DNA of 64,000 nucleotides, taken from positions 128,001 through 192,000 of the forward strand of contig JBBAWM010000002.1 in assembly GCA_040397175.1 (NCBI GenBank). The letters run 5' to 3'. The notes below the pieces were generated by a model. The model ran no database searches. It had not been told where the DNA came from and worked only from the letters and a program-made list of their open reading frames with translations. This document shows positions 55,845 to 64,000 of the stretch, in pieces. The translations under genes and the position numbers were made by a program. This stretch comes from Candidatus Limnocylindrus sp. (GTDB lineage Bacteria > Chloroflexota > Limnocylindria > Limnocylindrales > Limnocylindraceae). Every line of letters begins with the position of its first letter. Position 1 is the first letter of the stretch.

Positions 55845-57664
55845 TCGACGGTGACAGACTTCGCCAAGTTCTTCGGCTGATCAATGTCAGCACCCGCAAG
55901 CAGCGCCATCTCATAGGAGAAGCGCTGCAGCGGAATCGTTGCAATGAGTGCAGCGATCTCGGGGCGCGCGGCGGGGATCGCCACTGCATCGGTTGCAAAG
56001 CTCGACCAATCATCCACACCAGAGAGGATCGCAATCACTGGCGCCGATCGAGCGCGTGACTCCATGAGGTTGCTCACCAGCTTCGGAAGCACTGGTGAGT
56101 TCAGCACCACTGCCACCACAGGGTGGTCAGCGCCAAGGAGACTGATCGGGCCATGCTTCATCTCACCCGCGGCAATCCCCTCGGCGTGGATATAGGCAAG
56201 CTCTTTCAGCTTTAGGGCCCCCTCAAACGCGGTAGCTATACCTGCTCCACGGCTGACAAACATGAAGCCGCTTGCGCTGAAATACTTCTTTGCAATTGCT
56301 GGAAGTGCGTCTGACGAATCAAGTGCAGCCGAGGCCATCGCAGGGATCGTGAGCAGATCGGTCGACCAAGATTTCAGCTCCTCTGCGGTCAACGCTCCCG
56401 CACGCCGCGCCATGTCCAGCGTGACGAGCAGCGTCACAAGCGCTTGCGAAGTGTAGCTCTTGGTCGCAGCAACCGAGATCTCCGTGCCGGCTTGGAGCAA
56501 GACAACCGCATCAGCTTCTCGTGTCAGCGACGATCCCGCGGCATTCACGATCGCGAGCACCGTCGCACCAGCTGCCTTCGAAATTCGGACGGCACCAAGC
56601 GTGTCAGCCGTTTCCCCTGATTGGGAGACAGCAATGACCAGGCTGGAGCCGCCGAGCGCGGGCGGATCGTATCGGAACTCACTCGCAACGGTCACACGCA
56701 CTGGTACGCGCAAGAGACGCTCAGCGAGCGTGGCCGCGGTGAGTGACGCGTAGTATGCCGAGCCGCACGCGACGATCTCAATGGACCGCGCTGCACTTAG
56801 TGCCGGGGCGATTGCATCGAGCTCACTGATCTCAACCCCACCAGCCGATACACGTCCAAGCATCGCGGCAGAGAGCGCGCGAGGCTGCTCATCCATCTCC
56901 TTGCGCATAAAGTGGTCGTACCCTTCTTTCCGTGCTGCGGCACCGTCCCAGGTAATTGTTTCAACCTTTGGAGTGAACTTCGCACCGGCGGCGTCATAGA
57001 GGGTGATTCCCCCACGCTGCAAATCGGCGAGGTCGCCGTCGCGCAAGAAGACAATCTTGTTGGTGTGCTCAAGGATCGCAACCGGGTCAGAGGCAAGGAA
57101 CTGCTCCCCTTCGCCGAGACCCACCACAAGCGGCGCCTCGCGGCGGGCCGCAATGATTCGACCGGGCTCGCCGCGGTGCATCACCACGAGGGCCCACTGC
57201 CCGTGCAGGCGAGGGAGAACCGCCGCTACTGCAAGGCGAATGTCGCCCTGATAGGCGTCCTCAATGAGGTGGGCGATCACTTCGGTGTCGACGTCGCTGG
57301 AGAGGGTGTGCCCCTTGCCCGTCAACTCGCGCTGTAGCTCGGCGTAGTTCTCAATGATTCCGTTGTGGATGATGGCGATCTCGCCGTGCTCATCCATGTG
57401 GGGGTGAGCGTTCAGGTCGGTTGGCGCACCATGGGTGGCCCACCGCGTGTGGGCGATTCCAGCGATCGAACCGGCTGGTAGTTCGCCCACGACGCCTTCG
57501 AGGTTGGCAAGGCGGCCCGCACGCTTGCGCATGGTGATCTCGCCCCCTGTAGCCGCAACGGCGATCCCTGCGGAGTCGTAGCCACGGTACTCAAGGAGGC
57601 GCAGCCCCTCGATCAACGTCGTCGAGACGTCGCGTGAGCCGATATAGCCGACGATCCCGCACAT
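55841..57664 (-). CDS. glmS: Glutamine-fructose-6-phosphate transaminase
   Basis: MCGIVG, EYRGYDSAG, HTRWATHG, SQSGET, PKNLAKSVTVE. Confidence 0.97.
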   Translation of the reverse strand: MCGIVGYIGSRDVSTTLIEGLRLLEYRGYDSAGIAVAATGGEITMRKRAGRLANLEGVVGELPAGSIAGIAHTRWATHGAPTDLNAHPHMDEHGEIAIIHNGIIENYAELQRELTGKGHTLSSDVDTEVIAHLIEDAYQGDIRLAVAAVLPRLHGQWALVVMHRGEPGRIIAARREAPLVVGLGEGEQFLASDPVAILEHTNKIVFLRDGDLADLQRGGITLYDAAGAKFTPKVETITWDGAAARKEGYDHFMRKEMDEQPRALSAAMLGRVSAGGVEISELDAIAPALSAARSIEIVACGSAYYASLTAATLAERLLRVPVRVTVASEFRYDPPALGGSSLVIAVSQSGETADTLGAVRISKAAGATVLAIVNAAGSSLTREADAVVLLQAGTEISVAATKSYTSQALVTLLVTLDMARRAGALTAEELKSWSTDLLTIPAMASAALDSSDALPAIAKKYFSASGFMFVSRGAGIATAFEGALKLKELAYIHAEGIAAGEMKHGPISLLGADHPVVAVVLNSPVLPKLVSNLMESRARSAPVIAILSGVDDWSSFATDAVAIPAARPEIAALIATIPLQRFSYEMALLAGADIDQPKNLAKSVTVE

Positions 57665-57673
57665 GGCGGTAGT

Positions 57674-59020
57674 CTACCGCCCGCGTACGAGGCTCGCGGC
57701 GACCTCCAATAGACGCTCGACGGCGGCGGTGACCGCTGCGTGGTCGGGACCCTCGCCCATCACACGGAGCACGGGCTCGGTCCCCGAGAGGCGCACAAGG
57801 ACGCGTCCGCCTGTCTGTGCGAGTGCCGCCCCAGCCTGCCGAATGGCGTTCTGGAGATCCGGCTCTGCGAGCAGTCGCTCCCCCTCCCCTGGGGGAACCG
57901 GCACCGTTCGCTGGAGTTGCGGATCGAGCGGAATGGCGTCTGCAAGTTCCCCAATGGGGATCCCCGCCCGGGCAACCAACCCGAGCACGGTAATCGCACT
58001 GAGGAGTCCGTCACCAGTCGGCGAGAGCTCCGTGAAGAGGAGATGGCCGCTCTTCTCGCCACCGAAGCCACCCTGGCCAGTGGCGAGTCGTTCGGCAATG
58101 TGACGGTCACCGACGGGGGTCCGCTCAAGCGTGATCCCGTGCGCCGCAAGGTGGCGCTCCACGCCGCTGTTGGTCAGCACCGTTGCAACGGTGCGCTCCG
58201 ACCCGACAACTCCACGCCCCTTCCGATCCAAGGCAATGAGAGCGATCAAGACGTCACCATCAATGGCTCTTCCGCTCGCGTCGACCACGACACAGCGGTC
58301 AGCATCACCATCGAGCGCAATGCCGAGGTCAGCGCCGTGCGCGCGCACCTGCACGCCGAGCGCTTCAGGGTCGGTGGCACCAACGCCGTCATTGATAATG
58401 CCACCCCCCATGGCGAACGGCACGACCGTCGCGCCCGTGGCAGCGAGCGCTGCCACGGCGAATGGGGAGGCGGCGCCATGCGCGGCATCGACCACCACGC
58501 TCAAGGCGCTGGCACCCACGGTGCGCGCAAGCTCCACCAGCGTTCGCGCATATCGATCTCGATACGCCTGCGCCTCAGACTCGTGGGTATCCGATGGCGC
58601 AACCACCCGTAGGCCTGCTTGCAGAGCGCCTTCCATGGACGCCTCAAGCGCTCGCTCCTGCGCATCAGGAGCCTTTCGCCCATCGCGTGCGAGCACCTTC
58701 AGGCCGTTGTATTCAACAGGGTTATGCGATGCGGTGATCACCACACCACAGGCGGCGCGCGGCTCGCCGGCAACGAGCGAGGCCAACCCCGGCGTTGGAA
58801 TCACACCAACGTCAATGACTGTGCCACCGTGGGCCTCAATGGCACCGGCCAGCGCGCTGGTAAGTGCGGGGCCGCTCGGTCGCGTATCGCGACCAAGGAG
58901 CACCAGCCCTGCCGGATGCTGCTGCATGAGGGCGACGCCGAGTGCGGCAGCTATTTCAACGGTGAGTGTCTCGCCAGCGATCCCGCGGATCCCATCGGTG
59001 CCGAAGCGAACCGTGGTCAC
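57674..59020 (-). CDS. glmM: Phosphoglucosamine mutase
   Basis: FGTDGIRG, TASHNP, DGDADR, GGEKSGH, RLSGTEP. Confidence 0.94.
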   Translation of the reverse strand: MTTVRFGTDGIRGIAGETLTVEIAAALGVALMQQHPAGLVLLGRDTRPSGPALTSALAGAIEAHGGTVIDVGVIPTPGLASLVAGEPRAACGVVITASHNPVEYNGLKVLARDGRKAPDAQERALEASMEGALQAGLRVVAPSDTHESEAQAYRDRYARTLVELARTVGASALSVVVDAAHGAASPFAVAALAATGATVVPFAMGGGIINDGVGATDPEALGVQVRAHGADLGIALDGDADRCVVVDASGRAIDGDVLIALIALDRKGRGVVGSERTVATVLTNSGVERHLAAHGITLERTPVGDRHIAERLATGQGGFGGEKSGHLLFTELSPTGDGLLSAITVLGLVARAGIPIGELADAIPLDPQLQRTVPVPPGEGERLLAEPDLQNAIRQAGAALAQTGGRVLVRLSGTEPVLRVMGEGPDHAAVTAAVERLLEVAASLVRGR

Positions 59021-59038
59021 GGTGTTCCTTGCGCTAGA

Positions 59039-59454
<416 letters not shown>

Positions 59455-59458
<4 letters not shown>

Positions 59459-59886
59459 GCGAGGGGCTCCGGCTTCTGTGGAGCGTGCGGATGATCCGCA
59501 TCGGCATAGACCTTCAACTTACGAATCTGTGCATTGCCGAGCTTCGTCTTTGGGAGCATGCCCTTAACGGCTCGACGAATCGCCTCGTTCGGCTTGCGCT
59601 TCAGCAGGTCGCCGAGGACTTCCATGCGATAGCCGCCTGGCTGGCCGGAGTGGGAGTGGTACTTCTTTGACAGGAGTCGGTCGCCCGTGACAACCAACTT
59701 TGCGGAGTTGATCACGATCACGAAGTCGCCCGAATCGAGGTGGTCAGCGAAAGTTGGCTTCCCCTTCCCCATCAGCGTTGAGGCCACCTTTGTCGCGAGT
59801 CGGCCAAGGGTCTGACCCTCGGCATCGATCACGAACCAGCGGCGCTCGATTTCAGCGGCGCGGGGTGTCCAGGTCTTCGTGTTCAT
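59455..59886 (-). CDS. rplM: 50S ribosomal protein L13
   Basis: [27 protein letters not shown]. Confidence 0.97.
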
Positions 59887-59895
59887 CTGATCCTC

Positions 59896-60252
59896 CTAGA
59901 TCAATTCAAGCTGCACGAGCGGCGCCGAATCGCCTTGTCGAATGCCAATCTTGGTGATGCGGCAGTAGCCCGACGTGCGGTTCGCATACTTCGGCACGAT
60001 CTCATCAAAGAGCTTCTCAACGACGAGCGGCTCTTCTGGCAGGGCTGCAATCACGGCGCGTCGGGCTGAAAGGCCACCCTTCTTGGCGAGCGTAATGATC
60101 TGCTCAACCTGCGGGCGAATCTCCTTGGCCTTGGCCTCCGTCGTCTGCACGCGCTCGTAGCGCAGCACCGAAACGATCAGGTTCTTGTACAGCGCGAGGC
60201 GCGGCCCTTGCTTGCGGGAGAGCTTACGTCCGCCAATCGCGTGCGAAGTCAT
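59896..60252 (-). CDS. rplQ: 50S ribosomal protein L17
   Basis: RKLSR, TTEAKAKE, GYCRI, RQGDSA. Confidence 0.95.
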   Translation of the reverse strand: MTSHAIGGRKLSRKQGPRLALYKNLIVSVLRYERVQTTEAKAKEIRPQVEQIITLAKKGGLSARRAVIAALPEEPLVVEKLFDEIVPKYANRTSGYCRITKIGIRQGDSAPLVQLELI

Positions 60253-61259
60253 TAGGCTTTCTCCTCGTCGTCTGCGTCGCTCTCATCTTCATCGAAGATG
60301 GCATCGGCAGGGATGCTGCTCTCAGGCACGTCAAAACCGCGCTCAACAAGCTTCTCGCGGACCTCGTTCAGGCTCTTCTGACCGAAGTTGCGCAGCTTGA
60401 GGAGCTCCATCTCCCCGCCATCAAGGGCGGTGAGGAGCTGGCGCACCTTCAGGATGCCCGCTCGCTTCAGCGCGTTATAGGCGCGCATTGGCAGATCAAG
60501 GTCTTCAATCGAGAGGTCGAGCAGGTTGCCACCGGCCTCTACCGCTGGCGCCGCAACTGGGGCCTCGCCGAGGCCAGAGAATGCGGTGAACTGGTTGACC
60601 AGGATTGCTGCAGCCTTGCGGACAGCGGCCTCCGGCGTAATCGTGCCGTCGGTCTCGATCTCAAGGATGAGCTTCTCGCGGTCGACGTCCTGGCCGACGC
60701 GCGTGTTCTCAACGGTGAAGTTGACCTTGCGGACTGGTGTGAAGATTGCGTCCACGCTCATCACGCCCCGTGGTCGAACCTCGCCCTCAGGGTCCGCATC
60801 AACGCGGTCTGAAGAGACGTAGCCAACACCGGTCTCAACGACGAGCGTGGCTTCAATGCCCGCCTTGTCGGAGTCGAGCGTTGCAAGAACCAGCTCCGGG
60901 TTAACGATCTCAACCTGGCCATTCGGCTTGATGTCGCCAGCGGTGACCGGGCCAGCCCCCTTCTTTGAAAGGGTCAGCTCGATGCGCTCCTTCGCAAAGC
61001 TGCGGAGGCGAATCTTCTTAACGTTCAGAAGGATCTGCACAACGTCTTCGCGGACGCCTGGCAGCGAGGAGAACTCCTGCATCACGCCATCGATCTGCAC
61101 GGCGGTGACTGCAGCACCTTCCAGCGATCCGAGAAGCACGCGGCGAAGCGCGTTGCCGAGGGTGACGCCGTAGCCTGGCGCGAATGGGCCGGCCTCGTAC
61201 TTGCCGTACGAACCGAGCTCCTCGAGCGGGGCGATCTTGGTGGTCAGTGCATCGGACAT
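60252..61259 (-). CDS. rpoA: RNA polymerase alpha subunit
   Basis: GYGVTLGNALRRVLL, GVREDV, DAIFTPV, RNFGQKS. Confidence 0.97.
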   Translation of the reverse strand: MSDALTTKIAPLEELGSYGKYEAGPFAPGYGVTLGNALRRVLLGSLEGAAVTAVQIDGVMQEFSSLPGVREDVVQILLNVKKIRLRSFAKERIELTLSKKGAGPVTAGDIKPNGQVEIVNPELVLATLDSDKAGIEATLVVETGVGYVSSDRVDADPEGEVRPRGVMSVDAIFTPVRKVNFTVENTRVGQDVDREKLILEIETDGTITPEAAVRKAAAILVNQFTAFSGLGEAPVAAPAVEAGGNLLDLSIEDLDLPMRAYNALKRAGILKVRQLLTALDGGEMELLKLRNFGQKSLNEVREKLVERGFDVPESSIPADAIFDEDESDADDEEKA

Positions 61260-61273
61260 GTTCTCTCTCCCTC

Positions 61274-61900
61274 TTACCGCGAGTAGAACTCGACGACGAG
61301 TTGTTCATTGAAGTCGCCCGGCATCTGATCGCGCCGCGGAGCAGCGACCACCGTACCGGTCAACTTTGTGGCATCCACGCGGAGCCACTCCTGAATGCCG
61401 TTGCCTGAAAGTGAGCCTGCGGCCTCCTTGAACGGCCCAATGTCGGCTCGCCCATCGCGGACCGAGATGGTGTCGCCTGGCTTCAACGAATAGGACGGAA
61501 TGTTTACCGCATGCCCGTTGATGGCAAGGTGGCCGTGGGTGATCAACTGGCGCGCCTGATCTCGCGAAGCGGCGAGTCCAAGACGATAGACGACGTTGTC
61601 GAATCGCAGCTCAAGGAGGCGGAGCAAATTCTCGCCCGTCACGTCGGTGCCACGCTCGGCCGCCTCAAAGAGGCGACGGAACTGGGTCTCACCAATGCGG
61701 TAGACACGGCGCATCTTCTGCTTCTCTCGCAGCTGCAGGCCGTAGTCACCAACCTTGCGGCGGCGCATCATGTGCATTCCTGGAGGGGTCGGGCGCTTCT
61801 CGAACGAGCACTTCTTCGTGTAGCAGCGCGCACCCTTCAAGAAGAGCTTCGCGCCCTCTCGACGGCACTGGCGGCAGACTGGCCCGGTATCTCGACCCAT
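61274..61900 (-). CDS. rpsD: 30S ribosomal protein S4 (zinc-binding form)
   Basis: CRQCRREG...RC...KC, QLREKQK, QARQLITHGH, EFYSR. Confidence 0.97.
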   Translation of the reverse strand: MGRDTGPVCRQCRREGAKLFLKGARCYTKKCSFEKRPTPPGMHMMRRRKVGDYGLQLREKQKMRRVYRIGETQFRRLFEAAERGTDVTGENLLRLLELRFDNVVYRLGLAASRDQARQLITHGHLAINGHAVNIPSYSLKPGDTISVRDGRADIGPFKEAAGSLSGNGIQEWLRVDATKLTGTVVAAPRRDQMPGDFNEQLVVEFYSR

Positions 61901-61912
61901 GCTTCTACTCCC

Positions 61913-62314
61913 CTAGACTCGGCGCTTCTTTGGAGGACGGCAGCCATTGTGCGGCAGCGGCGTCACATCGGTGATGGCGGTGATATCGAGGCCCGCGGTC
62001 TGTAGTCCGCGGATCGCCTGCTCGCGTCCGGCGCCTGGCCCCTTCACGAACACGGCGACGGAGCGAAGTCCGTGCTCCATTGCCTTGCGTGCGGCTGATT
62101 CGGCTCCGAGCGACGCGGCGTACGGCGTGCTCTTGCGGGAGCCCTTGAAGCCAGCGACGCCACCCGAGCCCCACGAGAGCACCGCACCCGTAAGGTCGGT
62201 GATCGAGACGAGCGTGTTGTTGAACGACGCGGCGATGTGCACGTGGCCGACCGGCACGTTCTTCTTCTCGCGGCGTCGAACCTTTGGTGCGCGCTTCTTC
62301 TTCTCTTCAGCCAT
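61913..62314 (-). CDS. rpsK: 30S ribosomal protein S11
   Basis: [26 protein letters not shown]. Confidence 0.98.
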   Translation of the reverse strand: MAEEKKKRAPKVRRREKKNVPVGHVHIAASFNNTLVSITDLTGAVLSWGSGGVAGFKGSRKSTPYAASLGAESAARKAMEHGLRSVAVFVKGPGAGREQAIRGLQTAGLDITAITDVTPLPHNGCRPPKKRRV

Positions 62315-62322
62315 CTCTCTAC

Positions 62323-62700
62323 CTACTTCTTCTCAATCTTCTTGCCGGCGACGGTCTTGCGTGCGCCACGGCGCTGTCGTGCATTGGTCTTCGTGCGCTG
62401 GCCGCGCGATGGAAGGTTCTTGCGATGTCGGGTGCCTCGGTAGGTACCAACCTCGATCAGTCGCTTGATGTTCATGGCGATCTCGCGGCGCAGGTCACCT
62501 TCGACCTTGCGGCCCTTATCGATGACTTCACGAAGTCGGTTGACCTGGTCTTCAGTAAGGTCACGTACGCGCATGTCGGGATTGATGGAGGTCTGCGCCA
62601 AGATCTTCTGGCTGGTGGTCAGACCGATGCCGAAGATGTAGGTGAGGGCGATCTCAACACGCTTTTCGCGCGGAATATCAACGCCTGCAATACGAGCCAT
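62323..62700 (-). CDS. rpsM: 30S ribosomal protein S13
   Basis: [26 protein letters not shown]. Confidence 0.98.
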   Translation of the reverse strand: MARIAGVDIPREKRVEIALTYIFGIGLTTSQKILAQTSINPDMRVRDLTEDQVNRLREVIDKGRKVEGDLRREIAMNIKRLIEVGTYRGTRHRKNLPSRGQRTKTNARQRRGARKTVAGKKIEKK

Positions 62701-62703
62701 CAG

Positions 62704-62817
62704 TTAACCCTGGCGCTGCTTGTGCTTCGGGTTTTCGCAAATGACCATGACGCGACCGTGCCGCTTAATCACGAGGCACTTGTCGCAACGAACCTTAACC
62801 GACGCAGATACTTTCAC
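62704..62817 (-). CDS. rpmJ: 50S ribosomal protein L36 (absent from the ORF track)
   Basis: GTG start after AGGAG; [37 protein letters not shown]. Confidence 0.96.
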   Translation of the reverse strand: MKVSASVKVRCDKCLVIKRHGRVMVICENPKHKQRQG

Positions 62818-62854
62818 TCGTTCTCCTGCTGTGAGCGGCGCACCGCTCGTGCTG

Positions 62855-63073
62855 CTACTTCAACCGGTAGGTGATCCGACCCTGGGTCAGATCGTATGGC
62901 GAGAGTTCGACCTTCACCCGATCACCTGGAAGGATTCGGATGAAATTCGTCCGAAGCTTTCCACTGATGTAGGCGCGGATCCGGTGGCCATTCTCAAGCT
63001 CGATCACGAACGATGTGTTCGGAAGCGGCTCTACAACGGTCCCCTCGACCTCGATCGAATCCTTCTTCGCCAA
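62855..63073 (-). CDS. infA: Translation initiation factor IF-1
   Basis: TTG start; IEVEG, ISGKLR, ILPGD, SPYDL..GRITYR. Confidence 0.96.
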   Translation of the reverse strand: MAKKDSIEVEGTVVEPLPNTSFVIELENGHRIRAYISGKLRTNFIRILPGDRVKVELSPYDLTQGRITYRLK

Positions 63074-63154
63074 CAAACCCCCGATCAGAACGCGTTACTG
63101 GATCTCGGAAGACCGAGACGGCGCGCTACTGAGTCCGCAGACGCGCGAAGGAAG

Positions 63155-63163
63155 ACAATAGCA
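63155..63163 (-). promoter_or_regulatory. Putative extended -10 (TGCTATTGT) for infA and the alpha operon
   Basis: TGn-TANNNT in the map-infA gap, followed by a leader with a TCTCGG-TCTT-CCGAGA hairpin. Confidence 0.5.
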
Positions 63164-63194
63164 GAGCCCCACGATCCACGCACGAGGAGGGCGT

Positions 63195-63950
63195 TCATGA
63201 CCCCCTCGTCAGGATGGTGGAACCCCCCGCCTCGATGGCGATGCTCTCTTCCCAGTGAGCTGCGAGGCCCCCGTCAATTGTTACAACCGTCCATTCGTCG
63301 TCCATCACCCCCACCTCAGGCGACCCGAGGGTGAGCATCGGCTCGATCGCCAGGCAGTGGCCCTCCGCCAGGGTCAGACTCTTGCGGCCGGTGCGGTAGT
63401 TGGGCACCTGCGGCGCCTCGTGCATGGCACGGCCGATGCCATGCCCGACGTAGGGGCGCACGATCCCGTACCCCGCCCGGAGGGCGACATCCTCGACCGC
63501 TCCAGAGATCTCTTCAATCGTGGCCCCGGGCCGGGCCGCCGCGATGCCAGCGTCGAGCGCCTCGCGAGTCACCGCCACCAAGCGCGTCGCCTCCGGCGAG
63601 CCCTCGCCAACCACGAAGCTCCGCGCTCCGTCGGCGTGCCAGCCCTCCCAGATGGCCCCCGCATCGATCGAGACGAGCATCCCATCCTTGATTTCTCGGT
63701 CACCAGGGATGCCATGCACCACCTCGCTATCCAGCGAGATGCAGATCACGGACGGGAAGCCGTGGTAGCCCTTGAAGTTTGAGGTCGCGCCATGCCGCGT
63801 AATGCAGCGTTCGGCGATCGCATTGAGTTCGGCGGTGCTCGCACCGGGGATAGCCGCCTCGCGCACGAGGTCATGAATCTCGGCCACAATGGCGCCCGCG
63901 CGCCGCATCAAGGCGATCTCTGCTGGGCTCTTCCGCGTAATTGTCCCCAT
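63195..63950 (-). CDS. map: Methionine aminopeptidase type I
   Basis: FKGYHGFP, VVHGIP, D.G...HAD, GHGIG, HEAP, AIEPM, AAHWE. Confidence 0.96.
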   Translation of the reverse strand: MGTITRKSPAEIALMRRAGAIVAEIHDLVREAAIPGASTAELNAIAERCITRHGATSNFKGYHGFPSVICISLDSEVVHGIPGDREIKDGMLVSIDAGAIWEGWHADGARSFVVGEGSPEATRLVAVTREALDAGIAAARPGATIEEISGAVEDVALRAGYGIVRPYVGHGIGRAMHEAPQVPNYRTGRKSLTLAEGHCLAIEPMLTLGSPEVGVMDDEWTVVTIDGGLAAHWEESIAIEAGGSTILTRGS

Positions 63951-63954
63951 GAAC

Positions 63955-64000
63955 CTACGCCGTTAAGCCAGCGGCCGCGGCGGCCGCCGCCAGTCGACCT
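63955..64000 (-). CDS. 3' end of an upstream gene (adk expected from synteny)
   Basis: Frame GRLAAAAAAAGLTA* ends 4 nt before map. Identity rests on secY-adk-map synteny only. Confidence 0.3.
   Translation of the reverse strand, partial: GRLAAAAAAAGLTA

Overview
A GC-rich, very tightly packed stretch of bacterial core chromosome. Almost all genes are on the - strand and many are chained by 1-4 bp stop/start overlaps. Gene content and style suggest a streamlined Chloroflexota genome, possibly Ca. Limnocylindria; this is an inference and has not been tested. In window order: 5' end of hisS, rel, murE, femAB-like, murJ, xerC/D, topA, dprA, comM, NUDIX, tyrA, M20 peptidase, ftsH, tRNA(CAT), LMW-PTP. 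Next comes a nucleoside-scavenging cluster (two nucleoside hydrolases, BMP/ABC transporter, add, deoC, a split ALDH16-like pair), then an aminobutyraldehyde-type ALDH, ftsB-like, CapA-domain lipoprotein, mtnN, murI, a methyltransferase and agmatinase. After that are a UvrD-nuclease fusion, crcB, recO, idsA, tlyC-like, glmU, ridA, an rsmA-ispE fusion, tsaD-rimI-tsaB-tsaE, an unknown 556-aa gene, alr, acpS, glmS, glmM, and the rplM/rpsI and alpha ribosomal operons through map. I saw no CRISPR array, prophage or IS element. The most notable observations are: pervasive leaderless-type TANNNT promoters 6-8 nt before start codons, including a 17-bp bidirectional promoter; an apparent CTG start codon; the rsmA-ispE fusion; the split ALDH16-like pair; and a possible eroded GlmL-like fusion protein. 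All protein calls rest on motif recognition by eye; no searches were run.
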